A stretch of DNA of 44,179 bases from Deltaproteobacteria bacterium (GTDB taxonomy: Bacteria; SAR324; NAC60-12), in the NCBI GenBank assembly GCA_038150265.1, contig JAYOTF010000028.1, positions 1 through 44,179 on the forward strand, in the 5' to 3' direction. Each line of letters starts with the position of its first letter. Position 1 is the first letter of the stretch. The notes below the pieces were generated by a model. That model ran no database searches, had not been told where the DNA came from, and saw nothing but the letters and a program-made list of their open reading frames with translations. Both the position numbers and the translations under genes were made by a program. Of the stretch, positions 7,770 to 16,258 are shown one piece after another.

Positions 7770-8832
7770 GCGGACCTGCTGAGGAGAGAGGAAGGGAGAC
7801 GGCCGCCTGCTGGCGGGAGGACTGATAAAACGCGAGGACGGCCTCGTTGGCCTTCAGGGCTTCGCTGAGCGGAATTTGAGGCGGCTGCTGCTGCTGCACA
7901 CGGGCCAGGACGTCGTCGATCTGGACCTGATGGAGGTCGCTGTATTCGGGTTTGGCGTAAGGTGGCTGAGGGGGCCGGGTGGCCTGCTGCAGCATCTGAA
8001 GCACTTCCGGATCCGGGTGCTGCAGGGACAGGAAGCGCCCGTTGTCGTTGGGGGTGTAGCAGAAGGAGCCCTCGGTGCCTTCGACTTCCAGTTGGGGCTC
8101 CCACGGGAAGCCCGGACGGTTGTGCATCTGCACGCGGCCTTCGAGTCCGGACGCAAACTGGACCGAGGCCCATTCGGATCCGTGCCCTTCCAGCGTGTCC
8201 TCCACTTCCAGCCCCGGGAAGGGATTCCGGGTGGAAATGGCGCCGGACACAGCGGTGAGGTCACCGAGCCACCACTGCCAGAGGTCAAGGGTGTGGATGC
8301 CCTGATTGAGCACCACCCCGCCGCCTTCGCCCCGCTGGGTCCCACGCCACGGCGCACGGGCATAGTAGTCGGGACCTCGGTCGCAGCGGAAGCGCGCCTG
8401 GGTCCGGAGGAGGGTTCCAAACCGTCCGGCCGCGAGCAGCTCCTTGAGGCGCTGTGCCGCAGGCGCATAGCGGTGCTGGAAGATGCCGGTGACCTGGTGG
8501 TTGGCGTCGGTCGCGGCGAGGCGCTTCAGGCGCTCCAGGTCCGCAACGGTGGTGCAGAGGGGCTTTTCACACAGCACCGGGACCTGGTGCGCCAGGGCGG
8601 CAACGATCAGGTCCGGATGAGACGGGTGGGGGGTGCAGAGGCTGACAAGGTCCAGCGGCACCTCTTCAAGCAGGCGGTGCGGGTGGTCCCACACAGGGGC
8701 GCCGGGTTGCAGGCGTTGCGCCTGAAGGGGGTCGGTGTCGCAGAGGAACACCTGCACCTCCGGGTGCTGCTGGAGAATCTGGAAGTGCAGCGTCCCAATG
8801 ACGCCACACCCCACAACGGCCACACGCAGCAT
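7762..8832 (-). CDS. Gfo/Idh/MocA family NAD(P)-dependent oxidoreductase
   Basis: Start trimmed to MLRVAVVGCGVIG (ATG 8832, 2 nt after the upstream stop). CTPHPSH, VLCEKP, WRGT..GEGGGVVLNQGIHTLD. Confidence 0.9.
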   Translation of the reverse strand: MLRVAVVGCGVIGTLHFQILQQHPEVQVFLCDTDPLQAQRLQPGAPVWDHPHRLLEEVPLDLVSLCTPHPSHPDLIVAALAHQVPVLCEKPLCTTVADLERLKRLAATDANHQVTGIFQHRYAPAAQRLKELLAAGRFGTLLRTQARFRCDRGPDYYARAPWRGTQRGEGGGVVLNQGIHTLDLWQWWLGDLTAVSGAISTRNPFPGLEVEDTLEGHGSEWASVQFASGLEGRVQMHNRPGFPWEPQLEVEGTEGSFCYTPNDNGRFLSLQHPDPEVLQMLQQATRPPQPPYAKPEYSDLHQVQIDDVLARVQQQQPPQIPLSEALKANEAVLAFYQSSRQQAAVSLPLSSAGPHA

Positions 8833-8834
8833 GC

Positions 8835-9605
8835 TCAGGTGGTGAAGAGGGGGACGTAGGGGGTCTGAGGCGCATCCAGGTTCCGGGTGTGGCCGTTCAT
8901 GTAGCACACGCTCAGGGCCCGGCGCGAGTGAGCCGTTCGGTTGACGTCGGAGGCGTGCAGCAGCAAATTGTGCAGCACAATCAGGTCTCCGGGCTCAGCG
9001 GTGAGGAACACGATTTCCTCGGGGCGGACGTGCTCCTCGGTCTGGGCCTCGGTGAGGTAGCCCGAAGGGTGTTCCGGATTCAGCAGGCCCTTGCGGTGAG
9101 AACCTCGGATGATCTGGACGCATCCGTTTTCTACCGTGGCAGGGTCAAGGGGGATCCAGACGGTCAGCAGGGGGTCCTGATCGAGGTGCGTCCAGCGGTC
9201 CTGATGCCAGGGCAGCCAGGTGCCCTTGCCTGCAGCCTTGTTCATGAACATGGTCCGGTACGCGGCAATGGGCACCTCCGCCCCATACACGTGCCGGCAC
9301 AGCTCCACAAAGAACGGGGAGGTGATGAAGGCGTGGAAGCGTGCGTCGGTTTCCAGCCCCTGAATCTTCCGGTAAGCGAGCGAGGCGCCCCGGAAGCCAT
9401 TTCCGCCCCACTGCAGGTCCTCGTACTTTCCGGAGTCGGTGTCGAGCTGCATCCAGATCTGGTCGTAGTCCACGGGCGCCTCTCCGAGCATGATGGCGTC
9501 AATGCGTTCCTGGAGGCCGTGGATGTCAGCCGGGTCCAGGAACTGCGGGAGGACAAAGTAACCGTCGGTCTCAAACTGCGTGAGGGCGGAATCGAGGTCA
9601 GCCAT
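8835..9605 (-). CDS. Phytanoyl-CoA dioxygenase (PhyH) family Fe(II)/2-oxoglutarate dioxygenase
   Basis: FETDGYFVL, WHQD (HxD), VWIPLD.AT.ENGC...IRGSH, PGD...HNLLLHAS..N....RRAL. Confidence 0.9.
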   Translation of the reverse strand: MADLDSALTQFETDGYFVLPQFLDPADIHGLQERIDAIMLGEAPVDYDQIWMQLDTDSGKYEDLQWGGNGFRGASLAYRKIQGLETDARFHAFITSPFFVELCRHVYGAEVPIAAYRTMFMNKAAGKGTWLPWHQDRWTHLDQDPLLTVWIPLDPATVENGCVQIIRGSHRKGLLNPEHPSGYLTEAQTEEHVRPEEIVFLTAEPGDLIVLHNLLLHASDVNRTAHSRRALSVCYMNGHTRNLDAPQTPYVPLFTT

Positions 9606-9727
9606 GCGGAGGATCAGGCAAAGGGTGGGGCATCAGGCCGGGTCATCCTGACGCGGCCAGCAGGAACCTCCGGAGTGTAGTCCCTGCAGGCGTCGAAAGC
9701 GAGACGGAAACGCAAGGGCCGGGGCGC

Positions 9728-10849
9728 TCAGGTGTGTTCGCCATGTCCGGCCTGGGTGGCCGTGACCAGGGTGTGGCCATCTGATTCCCGGAAGAGGTGG
9801 CACTCGGAGGGTTCAAAGTGAATGCCGACTTCCTGCCCCCGGTGGATGCGGATCTGGCTGGACAGGTGCACCGTCAGGGTTTCCTGATTCGGAAGCTCCA
9901 GGTAGAGGTAGGTGATGGAGCCCAGCTGCTCGAAGTTCTGGATGGTGCCGAGGAGTTCGCCACTGCCGTCGAGCCGGACGTGGACGGCTTCTGGACGGAC
10001 GCCCAGGCTGATGGCTTCCTGAAACGAGCCGATGGAGGGCTTCGGCAGCGTGAGGGTGGGGCCTGCGTCGAGCTGCACCGTCACCGTCTTCCCATCGCTC
10101 TGGGCCTGCCCCCGGAGGAAGTTGATGCGGGGGGAGCCGATGAAGCCGGCGACAAACTTGTTGACGGGGTGGTTGTACAGCTCCAGCGGGGCACCGACCT
10201 GCTCAATGCGTCCCTTGTTGAGGACCACGATGCGGTCGGCCATCGTCATGGCCTCCACCTGATCGTGCGTCACATAGATCATCGTGTTGCCGAGTCGGTC
10301 ATGCAGGCTCGAGATCTCCACCCGCATCTGCACCCGCAGCTCGGCATCCAGGTTGGAGAGGGGCTCATCGAAGAGGAAGATCCGGGGCTGCCGGACAATG
10401 GCCCGCCCAATGGCGACCCGCTGCCGCTGCCCTCCGGAGAGCTGCCCCGGGCGGCGGTCGAGCAGCGGGTCGATCTGCAGGAGCTTCGAGGCATGCTGCA
10501 CCCGCTTCTCAATCTCCGCCTTGTCCACCCGCATGTTCTCGAGCCCAAACGAGAGGTTCTTGAAGACGCTCATGTGGGGATAGAGGGCATAGGACTGGAA
10601 GACCATGGCCAGGCCACGCTCAGAGGCCGGGACGTCGTTGACGCGCTGGCCGTCCAGCATCAGGTCACCCGAGGTCGGGGTGTCCAGCCCGGCAATGAGG
10701 CGGAGCAGGGTCGATTTCCCACATCCGGAGGGGCCGACAAAGACGATGAACTCGCCCTCCTCAATGGAAAGGTTGATGCCGTGGATGACCTCCACTGGAC
10801 CAAAGGCTTTGCGAATGTCTCGAAGTTCCAGGGCTTGGGGGGCTGTCAT
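9728..10849 (-). CDS. Carbohydrate ABC transporter ATP-binding subunit (MalK/UgpC-like; SmoE-equivalent)
   Basis: Start MTAPQALEL (ATGA overlap with the permease stop). Walker A GPSGCGKS, VFQSYALYPH, LSGGQRQR, DEPLSNLD, VTHDQ, C-terminal TOBE. Confidence 0.95.
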   Translation of the reverse strand: MTAPQALELRDIRKAFGPVEVIHGINLSIEEGEFIVFVGPSGCGKSTLLRLIAGLDTPTSGDLMLDGQRVNDVPASERGLAMVFQSYALYPHMSVFKNLSFGLENMRVDKAEIEKRVQHASKLLQIDPLLDRRPGQLSGGQRQRVAIGRAIVRQPRIFLFDEPLSNLDAELRVQMRVEISSLHDRLGNTMIYVTHDQVEAMTMADRIVVLNKGRIEQVGAPLELYNHPVNKFVAGFIGSPRINFLRGQAQSDGKTVTVQLDAGPTLTLPKPSIGSFQEAISLGVRPEAVHVRLDGSGELLGTIQNFEQLGSITYLYLELPNQETLTVHLSSQIRIHRGQEVGIHFEPSECHLFRESDGHTLVTATQAGHGEHT

Positions 10850-11925
10850 TTCAAACCTGTTGAGGCGATTCCGGTTGTGATGAACCGTTGCATGTAGGCA
10901 AAGACGGCGGTCACCGGAAGGAGGGAGACCACGGTCATGGCAAGGATGTAGTGGTAGTCGGTGCTGAACTGCCCGGAGAAGGCGGTCAGGCCGATCTGCA
11001 GGGTGTGCTGCTCCGGATCGGAGATGAGGACAATCAGGGGCCAGAGGAAGTCGTTCCAGCGCCAGATGACAGAGAGGATGGCCAGCACTGCGAGGGCCGG
11101 AAGCGAGAGGGGCAGGATGATGCGCCAGAAGATCTTCCACTCGGAGGCGGCATCCATGCGCGCAGCCTCAATGAGCTCATCCGGAATCGTCAGCATGTAC
11201 TGCCGGAGCAGGAAGACGCCGGTGGGCGTGGCGGCTGCCGGAATGATCACCCCCCAGATGGACCCGAAGATGCCCAGCGTCCAGACCACAAAGAAGAGGG
11301 AGACGAGGATGATGGTGGCCGGAATCAGCAGGGTCGAGATGATCAGGGCCGTGAAGACCATCCGCCCCTTGAACCGGTACTTCGAGAGCGCGTAGGCGGC
11401 CATGGAGTTGATCAGCAGCGTGATCAGGGTCGCGGTGACGGTGACAAAGACCGTGTTCGACAGGTAACGGAAGAAGAAGAAGTTCTGCTGCCCCCCCTGC
11501 TGAAGGAGCGGGTTGAGGTAGTTCTCGGTCGCAATCTTCAGCTCTTCCTTCGGGACCAGCTCGTTCCGGGGCGCCTCCAGCTCGGTGGTGGGCGCCTCCA
11601 GCGGGGCCACTTGCGTCAGGCGACGGGTGGGGCCGGTCTTGAAGACTTCCTGCTGCGTCCCGTCGGGCTGATTCCAGAAGTACACGGGCTTCTCGCCGAG
11701 GCCTTCAATCGTTTCCTGCACCTGCGCGTAGGGCAGGATGCGGGTGTCAAAGCGGTCGAGGGCCTCCTTGGACTTCAGGGAGCTGAGGAAGGCCCAGAGG
11801 ACGGGGATGACCACGAGGGCGACGCCGAAGAGGAGGTAGCTGTACACGAGCACATCCGAAAGACCGATGCGCCGACCGTTGGCGCCTCCTCGGGTCCGGG
11901 TGAGAAAGGTGAGGACCTGGGACAT
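10846..11925 (-). CDS. Carbohydrate ABC transporter permease (MalG-type)
   Basis: TM helices, EAA loop (IPDELIEAARMDAASEW), WNDFLWPL, QRFITTG. Confidence 0.93.
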   Translation of the reverse strand: MSQVLTFLTRTRGGANGRRIGLSDVLVYSYLLFGVALVVIPVLWAFLSSLKSKEALDRFDTRILPYAQVQETIEGLGEKPVYFWNQPDGTQQEVFKTGPTRRLTQVAPLEAPTTELEAPRNELVPKEELKIATENYLNPLLQQGGQQNFFFFRYLSNTVFVTVTATLITLLINSMAAYALSKYRFKGRMVFTALIISTLLIPATIILVSLFFVVWTLGIFGSIWGVIIPAAATPTGVFLLRQYMLTIPDELIEAARMDAASEWKIFWRIILPLSLPALAVLAILSVIWRWNDFLWPLIVLISDPEQHTLQIGLTAFSGQFSTDYHYILAMTVVSLLPVTAVFAYMQRFITTGIASTGLK

Positions 11926-11927
11926 GG

Positions 11928-13361
11928 TTACACTCCGGATTGCTTGCGGGTGAAGTAGAGCTGGAAGAGGGTAAACACCGCAATCACCAGAGCCATCAGC
12001 ACCGAAGCCGCAGCGGCTTCTCCAAAGTTGGCCTGGTCATTGGAGAAGGCCAACTCGACAATGTGCTGAACGATCATGAAGGTCTCGCGTCCGGGCCCTC
12101 CTCCGGTGAGGAGGTAGACCTCATCAAAGATCTGGAAGCTCTTGATGAGCGACAGCACAAACACCACGGTGAAGGTGGGCATCAGCAGCGGCATCGTGAT
12201 GCGCCAGAACACCCGGATGGGCTTGGCGGCATCCATCTCGGCAGCCTCATAGAGGTCGGCAGGAATCGCCTGCAGGCCAGCCAGGAGGATCAGCATGTAG
12301 TAGCCCATGTGCGACCAGCAGTAGACAAAGACGACCCAGAAGAAGGGCCACCCCTGCCGAGGCAGCACCAACCAGTTGATGGGCCGGAAGCGTCCGAGGT
12401 CAAAGACCGCATCAAACTGAATGGTGAGCAGGAGGCCTGCCGCCAGGGCGCCCAGCACGGCAAACGCCCAGGGCAGCCGCGGGTGGTCGAGCAGGGCCAG
12501 GGCGATCAGGCCGCCTCCCAGAACGATCCCGATCAGGGCATTGAGGGGCAGGGACGTTTCGCCAATCATGCCCACCGGGTTCGACCAGGAAACCACGGCG
12601 AGGAAGAGCAGGGCAAAGAGGGAGGTCCAGGGCAGCGACGGCAAGGCGCTGCTCCGGAGCGCACGCTCCATGGAAAGCAGCATGAAGAGGCCAACGAGGA
12701 CGGTGACCGTGATGTCAAACCCGGCCAGGCCTGCGAGGTCGTTGAGGGTCTGGTTGCCGCTCGCCAGGGTGGCATTCAGGGCGCCCTTGCGGTGGAGGAT
12801 CCACTGCCAGATGTTGGCAATCACCACCGGTGAGAGCATGACGGGGTAGAAGAACATCGCCCGCCAGAAGCCCCGTCCGGACATGGCCTTGTTGACGACC
12901 AGGGCCGTCAGCAGCGCCATGCCACAGAGCACCGGAACCTGAAAGACGATGAAGAGCAGGGTGTTGAACAGGCTTTGCCAGAAGTTGTAACCCGCGTTGG
13001 GGCAGGTCTTGGGCTCCAGGATGCTGTCGCAGTCAAAAATCTGGTGGTAGTTCTCCCACCCGACAAAAGGCCGTTCAAAAATCGAGATCGAGTCTCCGCT
13101 GGTGAAGGAGACGTAAAAGTTCAGCAAAACCGGGAGGAAGGTAAACATCCCGAAGATGAGCATGTTGGGCAGCAAGAAGGCATAGGGCACCCCCTTGCGT
13201 CCCCAGATGCTCTGGGCCCAGTCCACAGGAACCCCAATGAGGTCAATGAAGAAGTGCGGGATCTGGTCGATCCGGTAGCGCTGTCTGGTCAGCAGCCAGA
13301 GGGACCCGCCTCCAATCCACAGCACCCCCACGACCGAAACGATCCAGGCAGTAGGTGACAT
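11928..13361 (-). CDS. Carbohydrate ABC transporter permease (MalF-type) with an internal hydrophobic insertion
   Basis: FLLPNML, FVGWENY, FFYPVMLSPVV, LAGLQAIPADLYEAAEMD, FDEVYLLTGGGP. At 477 aa it is longer than typical. Confidence 0.92.
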   Translation of the reverse strand: MSPTAWIVSVVGVLWIGGGSLWLLTRQRYRIDQIPHFFIDLIGVPVDWAQSIWGRKGVPYAFLLPNMLIFGMFTFLPVLLNFYVSFTSGDSISIFERPFVGWENYHQIFDCDSILEPKTCPNAGYNFWQSLFNTLLFIVFQVPVLCGMALLTALVVNKAMSGRGFWRAMFFYPVMLSPVVIANIWQWILHRKGALNATLASGNQTLNDLAGLAGFDITVTVLVGLFMLLSMERALRSSALPSLPWTSLFALLFLAVVSWSNPVGMIGETSLPLNALIGIVLGGGLIALALLDHPRLPWAFAVLGALAAGLLLTIQFDAVFDLGRFRPINWLVLPRQGWPFFWVVFVYCWSHMGYYMLILLAGLQAIPADLYEAAEMDAAKPIRVFWRITMPLLMPTFTVVFVLSLIKSFQIFDEVYLLTGGGPGRETFMIVQHIVELAFSNDQANFGEAAAASVLMALVIAVFTLFQLYFTRKQSGV

Positions 13362-13376
13362 GTTTTTTCAGGGAGA

Positions 13377-13396
13377 GAGGCCAGCGAGCTGGCCTC
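13377..13396 (-). other. Intercistronic hairpin downstream of the binding-protein gene (likely mRNA stabiliser/attenuator)
   Basis: GAGGCCAGC-ga-GCTGGCCTC perfect inverted repeat between the SBP stop and the permease start. Confidence 0.55.
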
Positions 13397-13410
13397 GGGT
13401 GAAAGCTGGT

Positions 13411-14688
13411 TTACTTGGTCTTGCCAGCGATTTCCTGACGGATCTTGTCCATCGCCTCATCCATTGACAGCTCGCCGTTCATGACGGGGGCCAGGTACTG
13501 GGTGGTGGCGTTGTAGAAGACAAAGTTGGAGGGAGAGCCCTGCAGCGCATAGGCCTGCGGGGTCTGCTTGGCCGCCTTGCCGGCTCCAGCGGCAAAGACG
13601 TTCAGGCTGGTGGCAATCTTCTCGTTGGCACCATACTTGGCATAATCCGCCCCTTCTTCCTGCACCCGGGCATTGGCCGGAATGGCAAAGATGCGGCTGT
13701 AGTACTCCTTCGACTGCTCGTACTCACCGAGCCACGCCACAAACTTGGCGGCATCAGACGGGTTCTTGCTGGTGTTGAAGGCCACATAGCCGGCGCCTCC
13801 GGGCATGATGCCACATCCTGCTGGGCCACACGGCACCGGCACCACGCGCCAGTCAAACTTGTCCCCAGCGTTCTTGTCCACGTTGGCCACGTTCCAGGAG
13901 CCCGACATGTAAAACGGGACGTCCTGGTTGAAGAACATCTCGTTGCCGTTGGCGTACTTGGAGCCCGAAACCGCCGGCCAGATGTCCGGAGGCATCAGCC
14001 CCTCTTCGTGCCACTTGACCATGCGCGCGGCGAAGCTGCGGAAGCCATCGTCAATGATCATGTTGCCTTGGGCGTCAAAGTACTGGGCGCCATAGGACAT
14101 GGCCGGGCCTGCCATGCGGTGTCCGGAGCGGTCCATCACCATGCCCGCGTAGGAGCCGGTCTTTTCCATCACCTGGCGGGTGGCATCGGCCCAGTCGTCC
14201 CAGGTTGCCCCTTCACCGGGCAGGTCCACGCCCGCTTCTTCAAACATGGTCACGTTCACATACGGACCGGTGACGGTCATCTCGGAGTGGAACCCGTAGA
14301 TGCCTCCGGGCTTCCCGGCGCGGTACCACGGCAGCACGGCGCCGTACATGGATTCCCACTCGGAAGCGTTCACGTAAGGGGTGAGGTCCACGTAATACGG
14401 ATTGAGGCCGCCGAGCTTGGTCACCTTGGCGATGTCGGGACCGCCTCCGGCCTGAAGCTGGGACTCCAGCTGGTCACGGATGATGTCGTAGCCGACGACG
14501 TTCATTTCAACCGTCACGCCGGGGTTCGCCTGCTCATAACGGTTGATGAAGTCCTGCATCACTTCGGCTTCGTTGCCATCGGAATAGAGCATCAGGCTCA
14601 GTTCCACGGCTTGAGCACTCAGGCTCATGCCCGCGATGAGGCCTGCGGACAGCAGGGCCTGGACCATCTTTTTTGCGAAGGTTTTCAT
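13411..14688 (-). CDS. Carbohydrate ABC transporter substrate-binding protein (SBP family 1, AguE-like)
   Basis: Start trimmed to MKTFAKK after a GGAG RBS; signal peptide ending AQA. Motifs GGGPDIAKVT, MDRSGHR..GPA.SYGA, PCGPAGCG.MPGG. Confidence 0.92.
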   Translation of the reverse strand: MKTFAKKMVQALLSAGLIAGMSLSAQAVELSLMLYSDGNEAEVMQDFINRYEQANPGVTVEMNVVGYDIIRDQLESQLQAGGGPDIAKVTKLGGLNPYYVDLTPYVNASEWESMYGAVLPWYRAGKPGGIYGFHSEMTVTGPYVNVTMFEEAGVDLPGEGATWDDWADATRQVMEKTGSYAGMVMDRSGHRMAGPAMSYGAQYFDAQGNMIIDDGFRSFAARMVKWHEEGLMPPDIWPAVSGSKYANGNEMFFNQDVPFYMSGSWNVANVDKNAGDKFDWRVVPVPCGPAGCGIMPGGAGYVAFNTSKNPSDAAKFVAWLGEYEQSKEYYSRIFAIPANARVQEEGADYAKYGANEKIATSLNVFAAGAGKAAKQTPQAYALQGSPSNFVFYNATTQYLAPVMNGELSMDEAMDKIRQEIAGKTK

Positions 14689-14858
14689 GGTTTCTCCAAG
14701 TCTGGTGATTCGAATGCTGAGCCCGGCAGGGCCCGGGTGTAAGGAACTCTCAATGAAAGGGACGTTGGGAACAAGGCCGGTCCCTGCCATAGGGTTACGT
14801 CATAGGCATGTTCGGTTCAGGGGGTGAGCAAGGTCGATGAAGGTGGAGCAGGAGGCAT

Positions 14859-15371
14859 TCATGCGGCGGAGCCGGAAAAGGTGCCGTAGCCTCCGGAGTA
14901 AAAGAAGAGCGGCGCGTCCTCGGACTGCTGCTGAACCTGGTGGACCCGTCCGAGCACCATCCGGTGGTCCCCCGCCTCATGCGTGGTCTCCAGGGAGCAG
15001 TCGAGCCGTGCGAGGCAGTCGCTCAGGCAGGGGCTGCCCCCGAGCCCGGCGGTCCAGGAAACGCCATGGAAGTCCCACCCGTCCCGGGCAAAGCGAGCCG
15101 CCAGGTCCAGCTGGTTGTGCGCCAGGAAGTGGATGGCGAAGTGCGGGGCGTCAGCAAACGCGTCAAAGCGGCTGGACGAGTGCGCCAGGGACCAGAGGAT
15201 CAGCGGAGGATCAAGCGACACCGAGGTGAAGCTGTTGGCGGTCATGGCCACGGGGCCATCCGGAGTCGCTGTGGTGATGATGGTGACGCCGGTGCCAAAC
15301 AATCCGAGCAGGTTCCGGTACGCCTTCTGATGGGCTTCTGAAGGCACAAAGGCCTCATGGGGGGCAGTCAT
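14859..15371 (-). CDS. smoA: Flavin reductase (HpaC/RutF type), partner of the LLM monooxygenase
   Basis: RNLLGLFGTGVTIIT, MTANSFTSVSLDPPLILWS, AGDH. Overlaps the AKR stop. The symbol rests on gene context. Confidence 0.85.
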   Translation of the reverse strand: MTAPHEAFVPSEAHQKAYRNLLGLFGTGVTIITTATPDGPVAMTANSFTSVSLDPPLILWSLAHSSSRFDAFADAPHFAIHFLAHNQLDLAARFARDGWDFHGVSWTAGLGGSPCLSDCLARLDCSLETTHEAGDHRMVLGRVHQVQQQSEDAPLFFYSGGYGTFSGSAA

Positions 15372-16258
15372 GGAACTTCGTTTCCTAGAGCAGCAGTGTA
15401 GAGTTCAAACCAGTCCTCGCGGGAAAGCACCACCTGGGTGGCCTGCGCCATGTCAGCAATCCGATCCAGTTGGTTGGTCCCCAGGATCGGCAGCAACCGA
15501 GCCGGGTGCGTGAGCAGCCAGGCAATCGCCGTGGCAGCAGGCGACACCCCGTGTTTGGCGGCCATGGCCTGCAGCGCCGAGCCCACGGACGTTTCGGCGT
15601 GAAAGAGCGCCCCGCCTCCCAGCGGGGACCAGATCATGGGCGGAATGCCCGCCTGCTGCAAAAAGGCGAGGTCGCCGTTGGTGAACGGGGCCAGTTCCAG
15701 AAGCGAGGCCTCAATCTGGTTGGTCACCAGCGGCTGCGTCATCGCGGACTGCAGGAGGTCCCAGTCGTGCTTCTTGAAGTTGGACACGCCCACGGCCCGG
15801 ACCTTCCCGGACTGCACCAGCGCATCCAGGGCCGCGCCGGTTTCCTCGTGGTCCATGAGCGGATCCGGACGGTGCAGGAGCAGCAGGTCGAGGGTGTCGA
15901 GGTGCATCACCCGGAGCGAGTTCTCCACGGACGCCTCCAGGTGGGCACGGCGGGTGTCGTAGTACTTGACGCGACGCTCCGGGTACTTTTCGGAAAGCAG
16001 CATGATGTCGCACTTGCTGACCACCTCCACCTGCTCCCGAAGCTGTGGCGCCTGCTTGAAGGCGTGGCCGAGCAGGGTCTCGGAGGTGTAATCGCCATAA
16101 ATGTCAGCCTGATCCAGCGTCGTGATGCCCTGCTCCAGGCAGGTCTCAATCTTGGCCTGGGTCCGGGCGGGGGTGGTGTCGGGGTCGTCTCCCAGGCGCC
16201 ACATGCCGTAAATCAGGCGGCTGAAGCTCAGTTGTTCGGTCAGGGAAATGCGTTCCAT
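15368..16258 (-). CDS. smoB: Aldo/keto reductase; probable 6-oxo-glucose (6-dehydroglucose) reductase
   Basis: AKR motifs DQADIYG, SKC, LLHRPD, GVSNF, NQIE, WSPLGGG. N-terminus MERISLTEQLSFSRLIYGMWRLGDD closely resembles Agrobacterium SmoB as I recall it. Coupled to smoC. Confidence 0.85.
   Translation of the reverse strand: MERISLTEQLSFSRLIYGMWRLGDDPDTTPARTQAKIETCLEQGITTLDQADIYGDYTSETLLGHAFKQAPQLREQVEVVSKCDIMLLSEKYPERRVKYYDTRRAHLEASVENSLRVMHLDTLDLLLLHRPDPLMDHEETGAALDALVQSGKVRAVGVSNFKKHDWDLLQSAMTQPLVTNQIEASLLELAPFTNGDLAFLQQAGIPPMIWSPLGGGALFHAETSVGSALQAMAAKHGVSPAATAIAWLLTHPARLLPILGTNQLDRIADMAQATQVVLSREDWFELYTAALGNEVP

Noticed and set aside
9606..9727. c-di-GMP-I riboswitch suggested by CGAAAG...ACGCAA near 9694-9716
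   Set aside because: It lacks the GGCAAA 5' element and P1/P2 pairing, and it is on the strand opposite to the downstream gene.
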